A stretch of 64,000 bases of DNA, from positions 273,606,001 to 273,670,000 of the forward strand of contig OZ024742.1 of the NCBI GenBank assembly GCA_964016885.1. Direction: 5' to 3'. The notes beneath the pieces were generated by a model. It did no database searches, was not told the origin of the DNA, and saw only the letters and a program-made list of their open reading frames with translations. The stretch is from Eledone cirrhosa (taxonomy: Eukaryota). Each line of letters opens with the position of its first letter. The first letter of the stretch is position 1. Shown here piece after piece: positions 1 to 13,332 of this stretch. The translations under genes and the position numbers were made by a program.

Positions 1-699
1 CGCAGCCACCCATACTTGTATACCCCTGGAGACGCGTGTATGTCTATATACACATGTGCATTCATACAAGAGAACATACACAAATATACTCTTAAGCATA
101 GACTCGAACATTTTTCAAATGCAACCTGGGGTATTAGTATTTCGTTGCGTTCACATAAGTGCGTACATTCACCTAATCCTGGTATACAGAGTCAACGCAC
201 GGTTCCAGGCACGCATTCATGTGTATAGGGTTAGTACCTTAGGATAATCGCTGTTCTTGTGTGGGACACTCACGAGGGGGGGGGGGGGTCATCAGCTTAA
301 AAAAAACGTGGTTTTGCTGACTCCTAACCAGTAGATGATCTGGTGGACAATCCACCTTGGGGAACACAAGCTATGGGTGGATGTTGTTGCCCATTGGTCA
401 TTGGTGCAGGGTGTAGGGAGCCCCACAGGGGGCGGGGTACCCTGCCAATTTCATGTATCTCGCCAGTTCATTAGAGCTTGCCCAGTATGTGAGGATCTAC
501 GAGAGTGGGTCTATGGGGTCGGTGTGTGTGAAAAAGTAAAGAGTGGTGTTATTATAGGGGTGCCGAAATTACCAGTAAGGGGTGGTCGGCGCTTTAGGGG
601 AGGGAAAGGGCGTTGTGGTAGGCCGTAAGTGGGGTTTAGCCATATAGCTTGAGGAAAGTTTCCGTCCTAAGGTGTCTGCAGTTGCCGAATAGGTCGGCC

Positions 700-965
700 C
701 TTCTGTTTAATAGCTTGGTTCTGCCATGAAGTATCTTGAGTGTCTCACTAAGACAGAGGTTGCAAATACCAGACCCACCTTTGTCTGGGGGAACCTTTCT
801 AACAGCGGACCAGGCCAGAGAGTGCGGGACCCTTCAAGTTTGAGCTTCCAGAACAATTCAAAAAGGGCCGTAGATTTCCTCTTTTCTATTATGTTAAAGG
901 AGTGGCGCTGGTTATACCACCTATCTTTGAAGATCGTCGCCGTGGATCCTATATATATCACACCC
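700..965 (-). pseudogene. Penelope-like element GIY-YIG endonuclease C-terminal fragment
   Basis: ORF 707..961 reads IYIGSTATIFKDRWYNQRHSF..STALFELFWKLK; a shifted frame gives CNLCLSE. Same motif set as the PLE endonuclease at 12254-12715. Confidence 0.85.
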
Positions 966-1595
966 TACTTTTTTCTAGTCTAAACAATAATTTTTCTTTT
1001 TTTCAAACATCCACTTTACTTTCCTTTAAAAATAACACCCACCTCATTTTATGCCATATGCTTGGATTTGGAGGCCTCTCTTGTATATATATACGCACTT
1101 GTGTGTACATACATATATATACGCATCTCTATGGATTTGTGTGTGTAGATGTGTGCGTGTGTCTGTGAGGGGTGGCTGTGAGTGTATGTACAAGTCAACT
1201 AACATAAGTCGTTTTATATGTAAACTTTCTAAGTATTTGACTCTAACCATAATTTTCAGTATTTCCACCCCACACAAATTCCCCTATTTAAGAATGCCAT
1301 GTAGTATCGAATTTCATACTATAAACCTCAATTTAATATATATCTGACCAGGAATGCTTTTTGTGAAAATCAGTCATATGGAACTATTGTCATCTTGCCT
1401 GACGATTCGAACTTTACAACACCACCGACCTCTTGGAGGTCAAATACCAAGCCTACTAGCATCTACAAACTGACCAATGAGAATTAAGATTATTTCTGCT
1501 GACAACATTAAATTATCCCTAACAAGCTCATATGTGCCAAGGCTCTAAAACAATCAACACCAAAAACCCAGAGTTGGCATATCTAAGATCTTCTG

Positions 1596-1651
1596 ACTGC
1601 CTGATGAAGTCATAGCCATACAATGGGTATCATCGAAATATATATAGCAGT
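1596..1651 (+). ncRNA. Minimal type-I hammerhead ribozyme (PLE pseudo-LTR remnant)
   Basis: ACTGC-CTGATGA-(imperfect helix II)-GAAA-TATATA-TA-GCAGT. Helix I is ACTGC/GCAGT, helix III is palindromic, and AATAAA follows immediately. Confidence 0.8.
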
Positions 1652-1743
1652 AAATAAAGGATTATGAGTTCATATAATTGACTTATGTTTCGTCGCTATA
1701 TATATATATATATATATGAAATCTTGTGTCGAAACAAACTTAG

Positions 1744-2228
1744 TTATACTTGGAGAGGGTCATATTGTAATAATATGACCCATAAATAATAACAGTGTAC
1801 ACTCACTGTTTCGTTGGGTTTCGCTTGTGCATCTTTTATGTCTCCATAGTTACAAAAACCAAAACACATACACACACACCAAACATTATACACACACGCA
1901 AATGCATGCGCAGAGACGGAGACAAGATTAAATAAATAAATAAATAAAATAAAAGTGGCGTAGACATTACAATGCAATAGGAGGGAACATAATGGTAGTA
2001 CCACTGATGATGTTGCAGATGTGCAACGAAAGAAATTTGATAGACTATATATATATATGTATATCTGTATTTTTAACCGTTGTCAGTCAATGATAAACAT
2101 TGATTGTCAAATAAATTAACGATGTAGATATAAAAGATACTGAAGCGAAAACCATCCAAACTGTGAGTGTGTTCTGTTATTATTTCTGGCGATATTATTA
2201 GAACAATATGACCCTCCCCAAGTATAAC
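1744..2228. repeat. Diverged inverted repeat of a PLE terminus, with a degenerate hammerhead at 2004-2046
   Basis: 1744-1851 is an imperfect reverse complement of 2118-2228. The same GTTATACT..GGGTCAT terminus occurs at 54957 and 57058, and 1890-1990 resembles 63325-63435. CTGATGA-T-GTTGCA-gatg-TGCAAC-GAAA at 2004-2031 has no clean helix I. Confidence 0.65.
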
Positions 2229-2320
2229 AATCTATATTTATATATATATGCGTATATATATTTAAATTATGCAGTAATATGAATATAACAATTTCACAGT
2301 TACAGGACTAACATTTATTA

Positions 2321-2367
2321 AATAATTGACACGTGTTTCACCAATGAACAGGTGAGAAAATCCTCAA
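2321..2367 (-). ncRNA. Degenerate hammerhead-like motif
   Basis: Minus strand TTGAGGA..GAAA-CACGTG-TC followed by AATAAA. Palindromic helix III and GUC site are present; helix I is not recoverable. Confidence 0.35.
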
Positions 2368-2528
2368 CGGAAAAATTATAAGTGATGAACTTGTCCATTC
2401 AAAAATCATTGCATGTTGACATAGTCATCGATTTCCCTTATCACACTCTTTCTCCCACTGAGGGATTTTAATAAATTGAAGTGGAATCCAAGATGTGCGT
2501 ATGTTTATATTGACAACATGACCCTCTA

Positions 2529-2568
<40 letters not shown>

Positions 2569-2575
<7 letters not shown>

Positions 2576-3058
2576 ACCTACATTCCGCGGGCTCACATAC
2601 ATTCTCTGTGCGTGATTTGGCTCAGCTCAGCCAATCAGCGCCTGTAGAAGAGGATGTATTCCTACGCGTTGTGAGGGAGAAATATCCCGCAAAAATTTGA
2701 GGACGCTATGACTTCCAGCTAGACCGTGCTAAGGTAAAACACCACTTGTTCTTTTGCTCCGCCAGCACAAACAATATGTAACGACACAACAATTTGACTA
2801 CGGAATTGGCTAAACGCCTCAGCCAGTCGACCGTATTTTCTCTTGTAATCTTAATTGATTTGTTTTATTTCTCTTGGCATGCCAGCTCAAACTCTGTTAA
2901 TAAATAATGTAAAACCAAACTAAAGTCGTTGTCGATATTCCTATCATATCTTTCTACCAAACCTGGTTCCCCGTGGCAACATTACAACTCTCTAAATACT
3001 TCTCCGCTAAATTGGTGACAATATACTTACACCAAATTGGTGACAACATCCTAAGCCA
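2569..3058 (+). repeat. 5' LTR
   Basis: Direct repeat of 4861-5329 with TG...CA ends and an internal CCAAT. Confidence 0.85.
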
Positions 3059-4860
3059 AATTGGCGCCCTCGACGATTAAGTATGAAAACGCAGCCTATT
3101 TGAATTCGCCATTCGTTTTAATGGCTATGTGGAGTGGCTTAACATTTGGAATGTTCGAATCGGGTAGCTAGACTCACTTAGCGTAAGTCGATAAAATCCA
3201 TAATATTCCATTTGTTGAAGCACGCGGCGTGCACAATATTTCTGTCATAACTTTCATGGTGACACTAGTAACTCACGCATACAGACGAACACAAAAATAC
3301 AACACAAAAAAAAATTAATTAAAAAAAAAAGGATTTCTCTGGATGTGGAATTTTGCTTTCGACATTCTGTTGAAATTACAAATGGAGACTCAGAAATTTT
3401 GTTTTCCCGCGTACAGCTTGTCTTCTCCAATCCCAGCCATCTGATTGGCTGCATCGTGCCACATAACGGCTTCTTCATCACGGACACATTTTTCGATCGG
3501 CCATCAGGGAAAATAATTTTTTTTCTTTAGAATATTTTCAAATTTTCTTTAGAATATTTTTGGAAAAAAAATTAGCAGTATTTCAAAAACTTTACGCCAC
3601 GAGGAAATTTCAAAACGGCTACCACCAAGTACCACCCATCAGCAGCAACACATGGCTAACTATTAATCAACACCAGGGAACGGGTTGTAACTTTACCGAC
3701 GCAACCACAATACCTTCTGTCTTGTTACCACAAGGACTCGAGAAATTAAGACATTAGTTTTCTCACCAATATGGCGTCAGACGTGGCTGCCATATCGGTG
3801 ACTCTGGGTTCCTCAACGCTCGACTTCTACTCTACAGAAGATTCATTGTGACTTTGCTTTAACAACAACTCTACTAGCTCCCTAGTAAGAGCGTTTCCCT
3901 CCAAAAAAGAAGCGAACTTTTTGTTAAAAGAAAAGAAACAATTTCTTTCTTCTTTTTTTTTCAGGTATTTATTTTGGACATTTATTTTTTTAAAACTGTA
4001 TTATATGAAAATTCATTTCTCTCTATCATTGTATATGTGACCGCACGCACACATTTTCTTTGCTGTATTACATGCCTGCATATATACACACACCAACATG
4101 TTGTTATCTATGGTATGTGATCTTCAAGCGTCATAATATTCTGCGAGATCCCTTTTCACCTTCTGGAGGTACCAAAACATGCTATCGACACTTGCAGCTT
4201 AATTCACCTGCACCGCAACACGAAAATGCTAATTGCAGCTGAACTCAAACAGTTTCGCATCTCGTTGCACATTCATCGTCCATAACAACCTCTATCTTGT
4301 TATTTTACCCAACTCACCGGGAAAACAACAAATAGAACTGGACTTGTCAGCATTTCCACCACCTCTGTGGATTCGCCCGAATTGTGGGACTGCAACCCAC
4401 CTACAGATTCAGCTTGCTTTTTTTTCTTTTCAAAGCAACCAGCCATTTTTTCCTGGCTCCCTAGCACATTCGGCAATACATCTGGGAGGCCAACATTTTC
4501 TCGCCTACACATCATCTTCTTGCCAGCACTGGTAAACTACCATAATAGCTTCGTCCACAGCTACTGGTACAACACTTACCATTAACATTTAATGCAAGAA
4601 CAGCAACTTCGCCCATGTCAGACTTTATCTGTTTTCTGGTAGACCTTTGGTGGTCACGTATAAACTACAAAACAGCTAGTCATTTGACAGCGGCTCAACA
4701 CGGCCCGTCGCGCCTCATTTTTTTTTCTTGCATGTATCTTTCTGCTCAATTATTTTTTCACTGATGTGCTCTTTCAGCATTTGTTCTTTCCGATTCAATA
4801 ATATGTGGGTCCTCGGCTTCATCGTTAACGATTTTCGGCTAAACATCTGCTCGGAGGTGA

Positions 4861-5327
4861 TGTAGTGACCTACATTCCGCGGGCTCACATACATTCTCTG
4901 TGCGTGAATTAGCTCAGCTCAGCCAATCAGCACCACTAGAAGAGGATGTATCCCTACGCGTTCTGAGGGAGAAATAGCCCGCAAAGATTTGAGGACGCTA
5001 TGACTTCCAGCTAGACCGTGCTAGGGTAAAACACCACTGGTTCTTTTGCTCCGCCAGCACAAACAATATGTAACAACACAACAATTTTACTACGGAATTT
5101 GCTAAACGCCTCAGCCAGTCGACCGTATTTTCTCTTGTAATCTTAATTGATTTGTTTTATTTCTCTTGGCATGCCAGCTCAACCTCTGTTAATATATAAT
5201 GTAAAACCAAGCTAAAGTCGTTGTCGATATTCCTATCATATCTTTCTACCAAACCTGGTTCCTCGTGGCAACCCTACCTAACTCTAAATATATAACTCTC
5301 CGCTAAATTGGTGACAACATCTTTAGC

Positions 5328-5329
<2 letters not shown>
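4861..5329 (+). repeat. 3' LTR
   Basis: Direct repeat of 2569-3058, followed by (TA)n. Confidence 0.85.
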
Positions 5330-5379
<50 letters not shown>

Positions 5380-5571
5380 GGTTTGTTGGTTCACCACTGG
5401 ATAGAATTGGTCATTCCGTATGGTCAATCTTGATGTAATATTATGGAGAGTACTCAACGTAATGCAGCTCACCCGCCTTCATGTGTGTAGTTGGTGGTGC
5501 GAATACGGAATTAATTATTATAAGTAAAATAACAGGAGGCTGGACTGGTGTAAATCCTTGAAAGGTTTATT

Positions 5572-5629
5572 ATACTATGATAATTTCAATGACCGGATTC
5601 CGTATGAATCCGGTGATATCATCAGGTAT
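5572..5629 (-). ncRNA. Minimal type-I hammerhead ribozyme
   Basis: Minus strand ATAC-CTGATGA-tatc-ACCGGATTC-atacg-GAATCCGGT-catt-GAAA-TTATCA-TA-GTAT, then AATAAA. Contains a perfect 9-bp stem in helix II. Confidence 0.75.
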
Positions 5630-6971
5630 TCGAAATATAACAAAGGAACATAACAGATAAAATCCACGGGTCCGAAAATCAAAGAGGACGACTGACCAAA
5701 TAGCTGCTTTCACCGCAGTCAGTCGCCCTCAAGTGATAGCTACTCGGTCTACTAATGATTATCTGGTGAGGGGACGAATGCTTATAATGTACTACCATCT
5801 CTCCGTCAAAGAGAAAAAAGAAAAAAGAAGAAAGAAAGAAAGAGGAAAGGTCAGCGTAAGGGTAACAATATAGTCAGGCTAGAAATCGCCGCGAAAAGTG
5901 TTATTCCAAAGAACCTATATCTTAACAGAGGCATATATAGGAGGCGTCTGTATGGTATAATGCGTGAACAGAAAATTGGAAGGGTAAACTTATGTTTAGA
6001 GTTATAGGATGAAATTAAATTAAACATTTTCAAAGTAAGAATTAAAAATTAAAAAGTAAAAAATTAAAAAAATTATTAAAAATTAGAGGTTTGGGTTGCG
6101 AGATTTATATAATAAAATTACAGAGAGAGTCTTATCTGAAAAAGTTTAAGTGTATCATAGGGAATCTCGATATATTATCAGGGTGGGATGTAGAGTAAAG
6201 ATTAAAGCCTTCGATTGCAAATCCCAACCAGCACCTCCTAACCACGTGTCATCCAGTTCCGAGTGGTATCGTCTAGCGAAAGAAATGAAAATTAATTGTT
6301 CCGAGTACACGAGGAACGTAACTGCCTTAGGCTCCGGGTGTTCTAGCGGAAAGTCTACCATCTTCAACAGGCCATCGTCTATACCGAATGAATACTATTA
6401 ATTCATACAGGCGGCGTTGATTTACGTGCCAGTAGAAGGAGGCATGATAGAACTAATAGTTATGCTTAAGCCTAGAGTTTAAAGGTATAATATGGCGGTC
6501 AAAACAGGCGGCGCGACGGGCCCCGGGGCGAAGCGATCTGCTCCGAGTAATTTCGTTTACCGAAAGAGGGGAATTTATTTTTCCAAGCACTCAAGGATGG
6601 CTGAACTACCCGAGCGCCCGGCGCGCAGCCGGGAAAGCCACCACATCAGTCGAAAGTGGTAAAAACCGATGAAATGTGCCAATAGACTATATCTAAGTCC
6701 CAGTTAGTCCGGGTTATAATTAGTGTGGTTCTTTGGTGGGTAGGGGGCTATGATAGGTGCATAATGAGAGTAAAACCTGAGTAAGCAGAATACATAGATA
6801 AAAAGATACATTAATAAAAATACATTAATGAAAGTAAAATGCATAAATGAAACGCCGTCATAGCTAGGGTGGTGATGTAGTAAGACGGAAGTATATAAGA
6901 ACATATCGGATTAATCAAAGCAAAGGGGAAATACAATATAGGTCAAGTTGGAGTTAGATAATACAAGGTTA

Positions 6972-7370
6972 TACAAATAGATATAGAGGATGGAAGAGAT
7001 GGAATGGTATCAGGTGGTACCTAGTGTCTGTTCGGGTCTCAGAATTCAGTGTGAATCACAAAAAACCCCCAAAAAACTTCAGTACACAGCTATTGCCAGC
7101 ATGGGATTGACTGATCTACTTACCATTCAAATTGTGGCTGCTCTGTGCTTTGTCTACCGCCCACCCGATTCAATGCTGCTTCCCTGTCAGGAATATTCGG
7201 ACTCCGACAAAATTCTACGTATTATACTATAACATGTATATTTTGACTGAATTCTCTACCCTATACTGCAGTGTTTTTTTTTGTGATTCACACTGAATTC
7301 TGAGACCCGAACAGACACTAGGTACCACCTGATACCATTCCATCTCTTCCATCCTCTATATCTGTTTGTA
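6972..7370. repeat. Near-perfect inverted repeat, ~94-bp arms with ~210-bp spacer
   Basis: 6972-7065 is the reverse complement of 7277-7370 with one mismatch seen. It lies at a junction of PLE-derived segments. Confidence 0.9.
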
Positions 7371-7379
7371 CGGACTTAT

Positions 7380-8671
7380 ATTCTGTTGTATATTTGTGAT
7401 AGTGGAGTAGGAAAATTTAATAGTAGATCTATTTAAAATTTCATGGTATTTATGGTTAGGTGGGAAGTTTATCTCTAGGACAGCAAAGAATGTTTTAGTG
7501 ATATGGTCTTTAATCTGTAGATTAAATGGAGCATTATACCAAGTAACCCGTCTATTACGGTTTCAACATTGTTTCTTATATTTATACGAAGTATCAGGAG
7601 GTTTACTAAGAGAGTTACTATTAGTGATTTTATTATATATAGGCTTAGTTAGACTAACTGATTTAGGTTTTTTAGTCTGATTACTAGGAGTTTTGTTAGT
7701 TATGTTGTTAACATATGTTGGAGTATTAGGGTGAATGGTTTTTTGAGAGTCATTATATTTCATGTGAGAAGAGGTAGAGAAATTAAGGTTTGGGTTGGTG
7801 TTTTTAGGTGTAGTGTGAGTGGCATTTAGGTGTGGGTTTTTCATTTGGTGTTTGTTGGTAATATTAGGTTGTATGTTTGAAGTATCATTGGTGCAAGATA
7901 TCTAGACTAATTTGTTTTTGTGGCCGCTTCTAGCTAAAGCTTCGTTATAAAAGGGCACGTTTTTATCGAATACATCCTGATTCGATGAAAGGTTAGAGAT
8001 TATGAGTGTGATATTATATGCTAGGTTTATAAGGATAGATCTAGGGTGATTGGATTGTGAGTGTATGTAATGCAAGTTTTGGTTAGGTTTATGGTAAGGT
8101 TGGTAGATATCCGTAGATACGTCCAAACTTATACCTAGGAAATTGACTATTTTACTGGTGTTTTCAAATGTAATAATGAGATTATAATAGTCTTTGAGGA
8201 AAGTTCTACGTTTTTTATTTCTTTCAATTTCTGTTAGGCTAAGATTAGTGGATAGAAGAAGAGAGTATCACGATATAAACCACCTTTAATGTGGGGGAAA
8301 GATGAATTAATGTTAAATATAAGAAAGAGGCCCACAAGATCGGTAATTTGGGCAGAATCGTTAGAGCCCATGATTATGTCGAAGAGATTACTATATGTAT
8401 TTCTGGTCCAGTATTCATTCTGAAACTCCAGTAGTGTTTGTCTAGCGAGCGTGATAATATTTATGTCATCCATAGTTATGTATGATCTATTCTTGGAAAA
8501 TATCAAAGCTTTGTTCTGGAGTATGGGTGATATAGAGGAATAATAAGCATCTATATCGAATTGTAGAAATGAAGCAGCAGATTTATTTCTAATATTAGTA
8601 TACCAATTAATTACTTGGGATGTGTTTTCCCAGAGTGGTAAGTTAACGCCTCCCCATAGTATTATTTTCAT
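7380..8671 (-). pseudogene. Penelope-like RT fragment (inverted 5' part of an insertion whose plus-strand pLTR follows at ~8670-9020)
   Basis: QFDIDAYYSSIS, MGSNDSAQITDLVG, GLYRD, PYHKPNQNLHYIHSQSNHP, YNEALARSG; disrupted. Confidence 0.9.
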
Positions 8672-8826
8672 TCACAGCATAAATCTGCACTCTTCTACTC
8701 CTAGATTTAATTTCTATTCTGTTATTCTATCAACTTGACCTCTAACTTATTTCTATTGGTCAATTCAAAACCTGTTCCAAAACAGACTCTTTATATTAAC
8801 TTTTGATTTTTTTCAATAAACACATC

Positions 8827-8965
8827 TCATCATTTCTGAGGACGGCATGTATATGTGAAGGTATGTATATTTCCTCTAATAATTTGTCATACTTTTACAT
8901 AGATCTTAAACATGATATACGTACTAACACACATATACATCCCAGAAACGATCGTAAAATGATGA
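8827..8965 (+). ncRNA. Type-I hammerhead ribozyme with ~100-nt extended helix II
   Basis: TCATCATTT-CTGAGGA-..ATGTATATGTG..CACATATACAT..-GAAA-CGATCG-TA-AAATGATGA. Perfect 9-bp helix I, palindromic helix III, GUA site. Confidence 0.8.
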
Positions 8966-9042
8966 ATTTTTTAATATAAGGAACTTGTTCTTTCTTTTTA
9001 TTTCATTGTTTTTGTTAATTTATATATATATATATATATACA

Positions 9043-9155
<113 letters not shown>

Positions 9156-9674
9156 CAGACGTAAAATAAGAAAATTATAGTAATTAACTTACTTAATTAA
9201 ATTTCACTCCAACTAAAGGGAATATACATAGTTTTAAATGAAGATCATGGAGAAACCTTTCTTCACCAGGGAGTCATTTATGATTCCTGGCGATGCGCGG
9301 ACACAGGAAACTTATACAAAAATAATTCGGTGGATGGAAAAGAGCAGGCGCGGACTAAATTCCAAGACATTGAAAAAAATCACTGCCTTCTTGGTCGGTG
9401 GCAAATTCAAAAGAATCAATCACGTGACATCGAGGTTAATCAGTGAGGAGTGGGGTGTTAAAAAGACAGTAGCAAAGCTAATACTATGAACCATAGTAGT
9501 AATTTAGACAACATTTTGCTCAACAAAATAATTTGGAGATAATTATAAAGAATTAGTATATCTTCCAACATATTTATACAGATGTATACTTACGCTAGCA
9601 AATATATAGGTTTTGTCTTAGTAACTTTGTGGTTCAATAGAAAGGGATGAGAGAACAATTATATGAAAGACGTA

Positions 9675-9705
<31 letters not shown>

Positions 9706-10353
9706 CCGATATATATATGTGTGTGCTTCGTGTGTATGTACGTATGCATGCGCTTTTGCCTGTACGTGTTCATATACATATTTTTTCATATGTATATGGG
9801 CGTACGTGCGAACCTATGTTTGTTTTCTTTTTCTCTAGTCTTAATTTATAATTGATAACCCCTCCCTCTTACTTTCTCTTTGATTTAAACAAATTTTTTT
9901 TTTCTTTCTCATATATTGTTTCATTTTTATATGTATCGAATATGACACTCTTTTTGACTATGCCCTCCCTTCCCTTTTTATCTTCCGCATATAAATGATC
10001 GCGCGCGTGTGTGTGTTTATACGCGTGCTTTCATACTTGTATGTGTATATATTTAATACCTATATCTGGATGTACACTATCTTACAATTCCTTTTTCAAC
10101 TTATATTATATACGTATTTGTGGTCACACATACACTATTATGCTTGCCCTCATATATTTACTTACGCACACATTTTCACTATACACATGCATTCGTACAT
10201 ACACACATATGTACATTTGTGAGTGAATATATACACATTTATACACATACCCTAACTCTATTTCCTTATTTTATATAACTCTTGCTTTATTTTTTTGCCC
10301 GTTAAACTCTTGCTTTTCTTCAGGAGATTTTTCAAATATTTCACTATGTTTTA

Positions 10354-10431
10354 AATTGCCTTGTCCGACGAACGAATGAGGACGTTTTTCGTATTCGTCT
10401 TATTCGGGAAACCTCTGGTAATGAGGTAATT
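10354..10431 (+). ncRNA. Type-I hammerhead motif in 5' pLTR (core CCGACGA, U4C)
   Basis: AATTGCCTTGT/ATGAGGTAATT 11-bp helix I with G:U pairs; helix II CGAATGAGGACG/CGTCTTATTCG; GAAA-CC-TCT-GG-TA. Confidence 0.7.
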
Positions 10432-10650
10432 ATATTGTATTGTTTATTATACATTAAATTTAGCTCTGGTACTTACATAGAGCACTCTTCACTCCTGTGA
10501 CTTTTTCAATTTTCAACGGAAACTTCAATACTTATACAGCTCCCAAGGGAATGATTGTAGTATATTCTACATTTTTATGAGAATGGCACCTTCCAGCCCT
10601 TTTAAAGTCGAGCATTCTTCATTCAATAGCATTTTAAACCAATACTGAAC

Positions 10651-12715
10651 ATGGATAAATATCCTTTGGATTACTCTATCAAGAATATCCCAATACCTTC
10701 TAACACTTCCTACACAAAAATGCTGATAGATAAATTAGAGAAAGTTGTTAAAAGAATGAGATGGAAATCTTTGATTCTCGATGAACACTTTAACACGGCC
10801 TCTACGGAACATTTTGATATCAAAACTCATAAATACCCGCAAAGAGTAAAATATATGACCGCTTTTGAACTAGACTTAGTTAATTTAATCAACAATATCA
10901 AATTTCGTAAGTACTCTAACCCTTTTCAATCTAAACTATCTAATGATATTTCAATATTCAAATCTTCTAAAAATAAGTTCATTTTCTCCAACAAAACTAA
11001 AAACTTATACGAAGTTAATAATAATTTACAAGACCAACTCTTAATACATAACATCCCCTCTAAATACCAACTATCTAATATAAACACGTATAATAATATA
11101 AATAAGGAAGCTAAAGTATTAGCTAGTTCTTTAAAAATAGATAATAGGACAGAAAAACTTGCTAAACGTAATGCCTATATTACCCTCAAAGATCACAAAC
11201 CTCACTTTATTAATCGTCCTAGTTGTAGATTAATCAATCCTGCTAAGACTAATATCGGTCTTGCTAGCAAAAAAAATGTTAAATAATATAAATACACAGA
11301 TTAGAAGTAAGTCTGAATTACTCCAATGAATAAATAGCTCTTCCGTAGTACATTGGTTTAATAATATTAAAGATAAAAATAGTTCTAGATTCACCCAATT
11401 TGACATTGCAGGTTTCTACCCATCTATTACTCAGCCTCTTTTAGCGAAAGCCTTAAATTTCGCTAGAAAGTTTACCAATATTTCTGATATTGAAGAGAAT
11501 GTCATTTTGCATGCTAGAAACACTCTACTCTTTACTATTAATGACACTTGGGTAAAAATATTTAACCAAGAGAACCCATTCGATGTCTTAATGGGTTCTT
11601 TTGACAGTGCTGATGTTTGTGATTTAGTTGGCCTATTCCTCCTACACACACTTAAAGAAAAATTCCCTAACCATATTTTGGGGCTTTATCGCGAGGATGG
11701 TCTAATACTTTCCCATACCATTTAGATAGATTAAGGAAAGACTTAATAAAAACCTTCGCTAGTTTTAATCTTAAAATTACTATTGACACTAACCTTTCCA
11801 ATGTTAATTTTCTAGATATATACCTAGATCTGCCTACTGCTTCTTATAAACCGTACCATAAACCTAATGAAAATTTAAAATATATAAATAAAGGCTCTTG
11901 CCATCCTTCTATAGTTTCTAAAAATATTATCCCTAATATTAGCCGTAGGATCTCCACCTTCTCTTCCTCAGAAGCTATTTCAATAAGGCTATAATAAAAC
12001 CCTTCAAAATAGCAGATTTAGCGAACCGATTAAGTACATACCCAACAATACTAACTCCTTTAAACATAATAATAGGAAAAGAAAAATAATCTGGTTCACA
12101 CCCCGCTACTCTCTAGCAGTTAAAACTATTGTAGGCAAAAAATTCATAGAGCTCTTAGATAAACATTTCCCTAGAACACATAGATTCTATAAGATCTTCA
12201 ATAGAAACTGTGTCAAAATTAGCTACTCCTGCGGTCCCCCTATTAAATCTTATATGATCAATAAGAAAACACCCAGAGAACATCAAAATTGCTCCTGTAG
12301 AGTCAAAAGTGAATGCCCATTACAAGGTAAATGCAACGCCAAAGCCATTGTATATGCGGCTAAAGTGACAATCCTCAGCAAGAACCTACCAGCCACCAGC
12401 GAACGATATGTGGGTATGACACAAGACAAATTCAAAAGGCGTTATTACTCACATGTCGCATCTTTCAGACATCCAGAAAAAAGATTTACAACAGCTCTGG
12501 CTAGCAGAATATGGGATTTGAAAGACCAAGGTATCCAATATAAATTGGATTGGTCAATTTTTAACCAATCAAAAGAATATGCAAGAGGAACAAGAAAATT
12601 CACACTCTGCATAAGTGAAAAATATTGGATTTTACAGAACCTTAAATCACCAAAAACCTGCCTAAATACAAAAACAGAAATGTTCACCAGTTGCCCACAC
12701 ATGAAATCACACTAG
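10651..12715 (+). pseudogene. PLE polyprotein (RT + C-terminal GIY-YIG endonuclease), frameshifted
   Basis: YSIKNIPIPS..KRMRWK, ITLKDHK..CRLINPAK, FDIAGFYPSI, MGSFDSADVCDLVG, LYREDGL, CSCRVKSECPLQGKC, IVY..YVGMT..FKRRYYSH, LCISEK, SCPH. Frameshift at the A-run near 11275 plus stops. Confidence 0.93.
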
Positions 12716-13296
12716 CTTTCCAGCTCATATAAACTTAACTCACTTTCAGATACTTATCCTCCATAAACTATTTTTCTTCACTTCCCTTAAATTATCCTCT
12801 TTACAGATTTCTCTTTCTGATTTACTTTCATTTTAAACTATATTTCATTTTTATTTTTATTTTCACATCACATCGACCAGTGATTCCCCCCCCCCCCCTA
12901 CTTTTTTATTCATTTACCTATTATCTTCGCATTCCACATTTTACTTCACCATTTTCTTTCACTACCTGATAATACATGTCACTTGCGTTTTCACCTCCAG
13001 ATATATTCTGTTGTTTCGCAGCCGCTTTTATATTTGTATTTCTTTTCTTCATATGGCTGGTTTATAATTTGTACCTATGCATGTGAGTGTGCATACGACT
13101 CCGTATGTGTGCGTGTGTGCGTCTATATGTGTGAGCATGTGTGTTTTTATATCTATATTTATACGAGTGTGTGTATGTAGGTGAATGTATGTGTATAATT
13201 ATGTGTATATATATGTATATGTATATGTATGTGTGTGTATGCATATATGTATATATATAGGCGTGTACGTACATGTGCTTAGATATACGTGTGTCG

Positions 13297-13332
<36 letters not shown>

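Larger units (their letters stand above)
2569..5329 (+). mobile_element. Non-autonomous LTR retrotransposon (TRIM/LARD-like) inserted in (TA)n
   Basis: Highly similar direct repeats 2569-3058 and 4861-5329 (TGTAG...CCA). PBS-like TGGCGCCC at 3062, purine-rich GGAGGTGA before the 3' LTR, and a 1.8-kb interior with no recognisable long ORF. Confidence 0.85.

Noticed and set aside
245-298. Minus-strand CTGATGA near the window start
   Set aside because: No GAAA and no closing helices could be assigned.
4936-4985. CTAGAAGA..TCCCT..AGGGA-GAAA in the LTR as a possible LTR-retrozyme hammerhead
   Set aside because: The core is non-canonical, differs in the 5' LTR, and has no helix I/III or NUH geometry.
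9180-9300. Minus-strand CTGGTGA...GAAA-TTTAAT-TA as a hammerhead
   Set aside because: The core is mutated and there is no complementary helix I; at best a very decayed relic.
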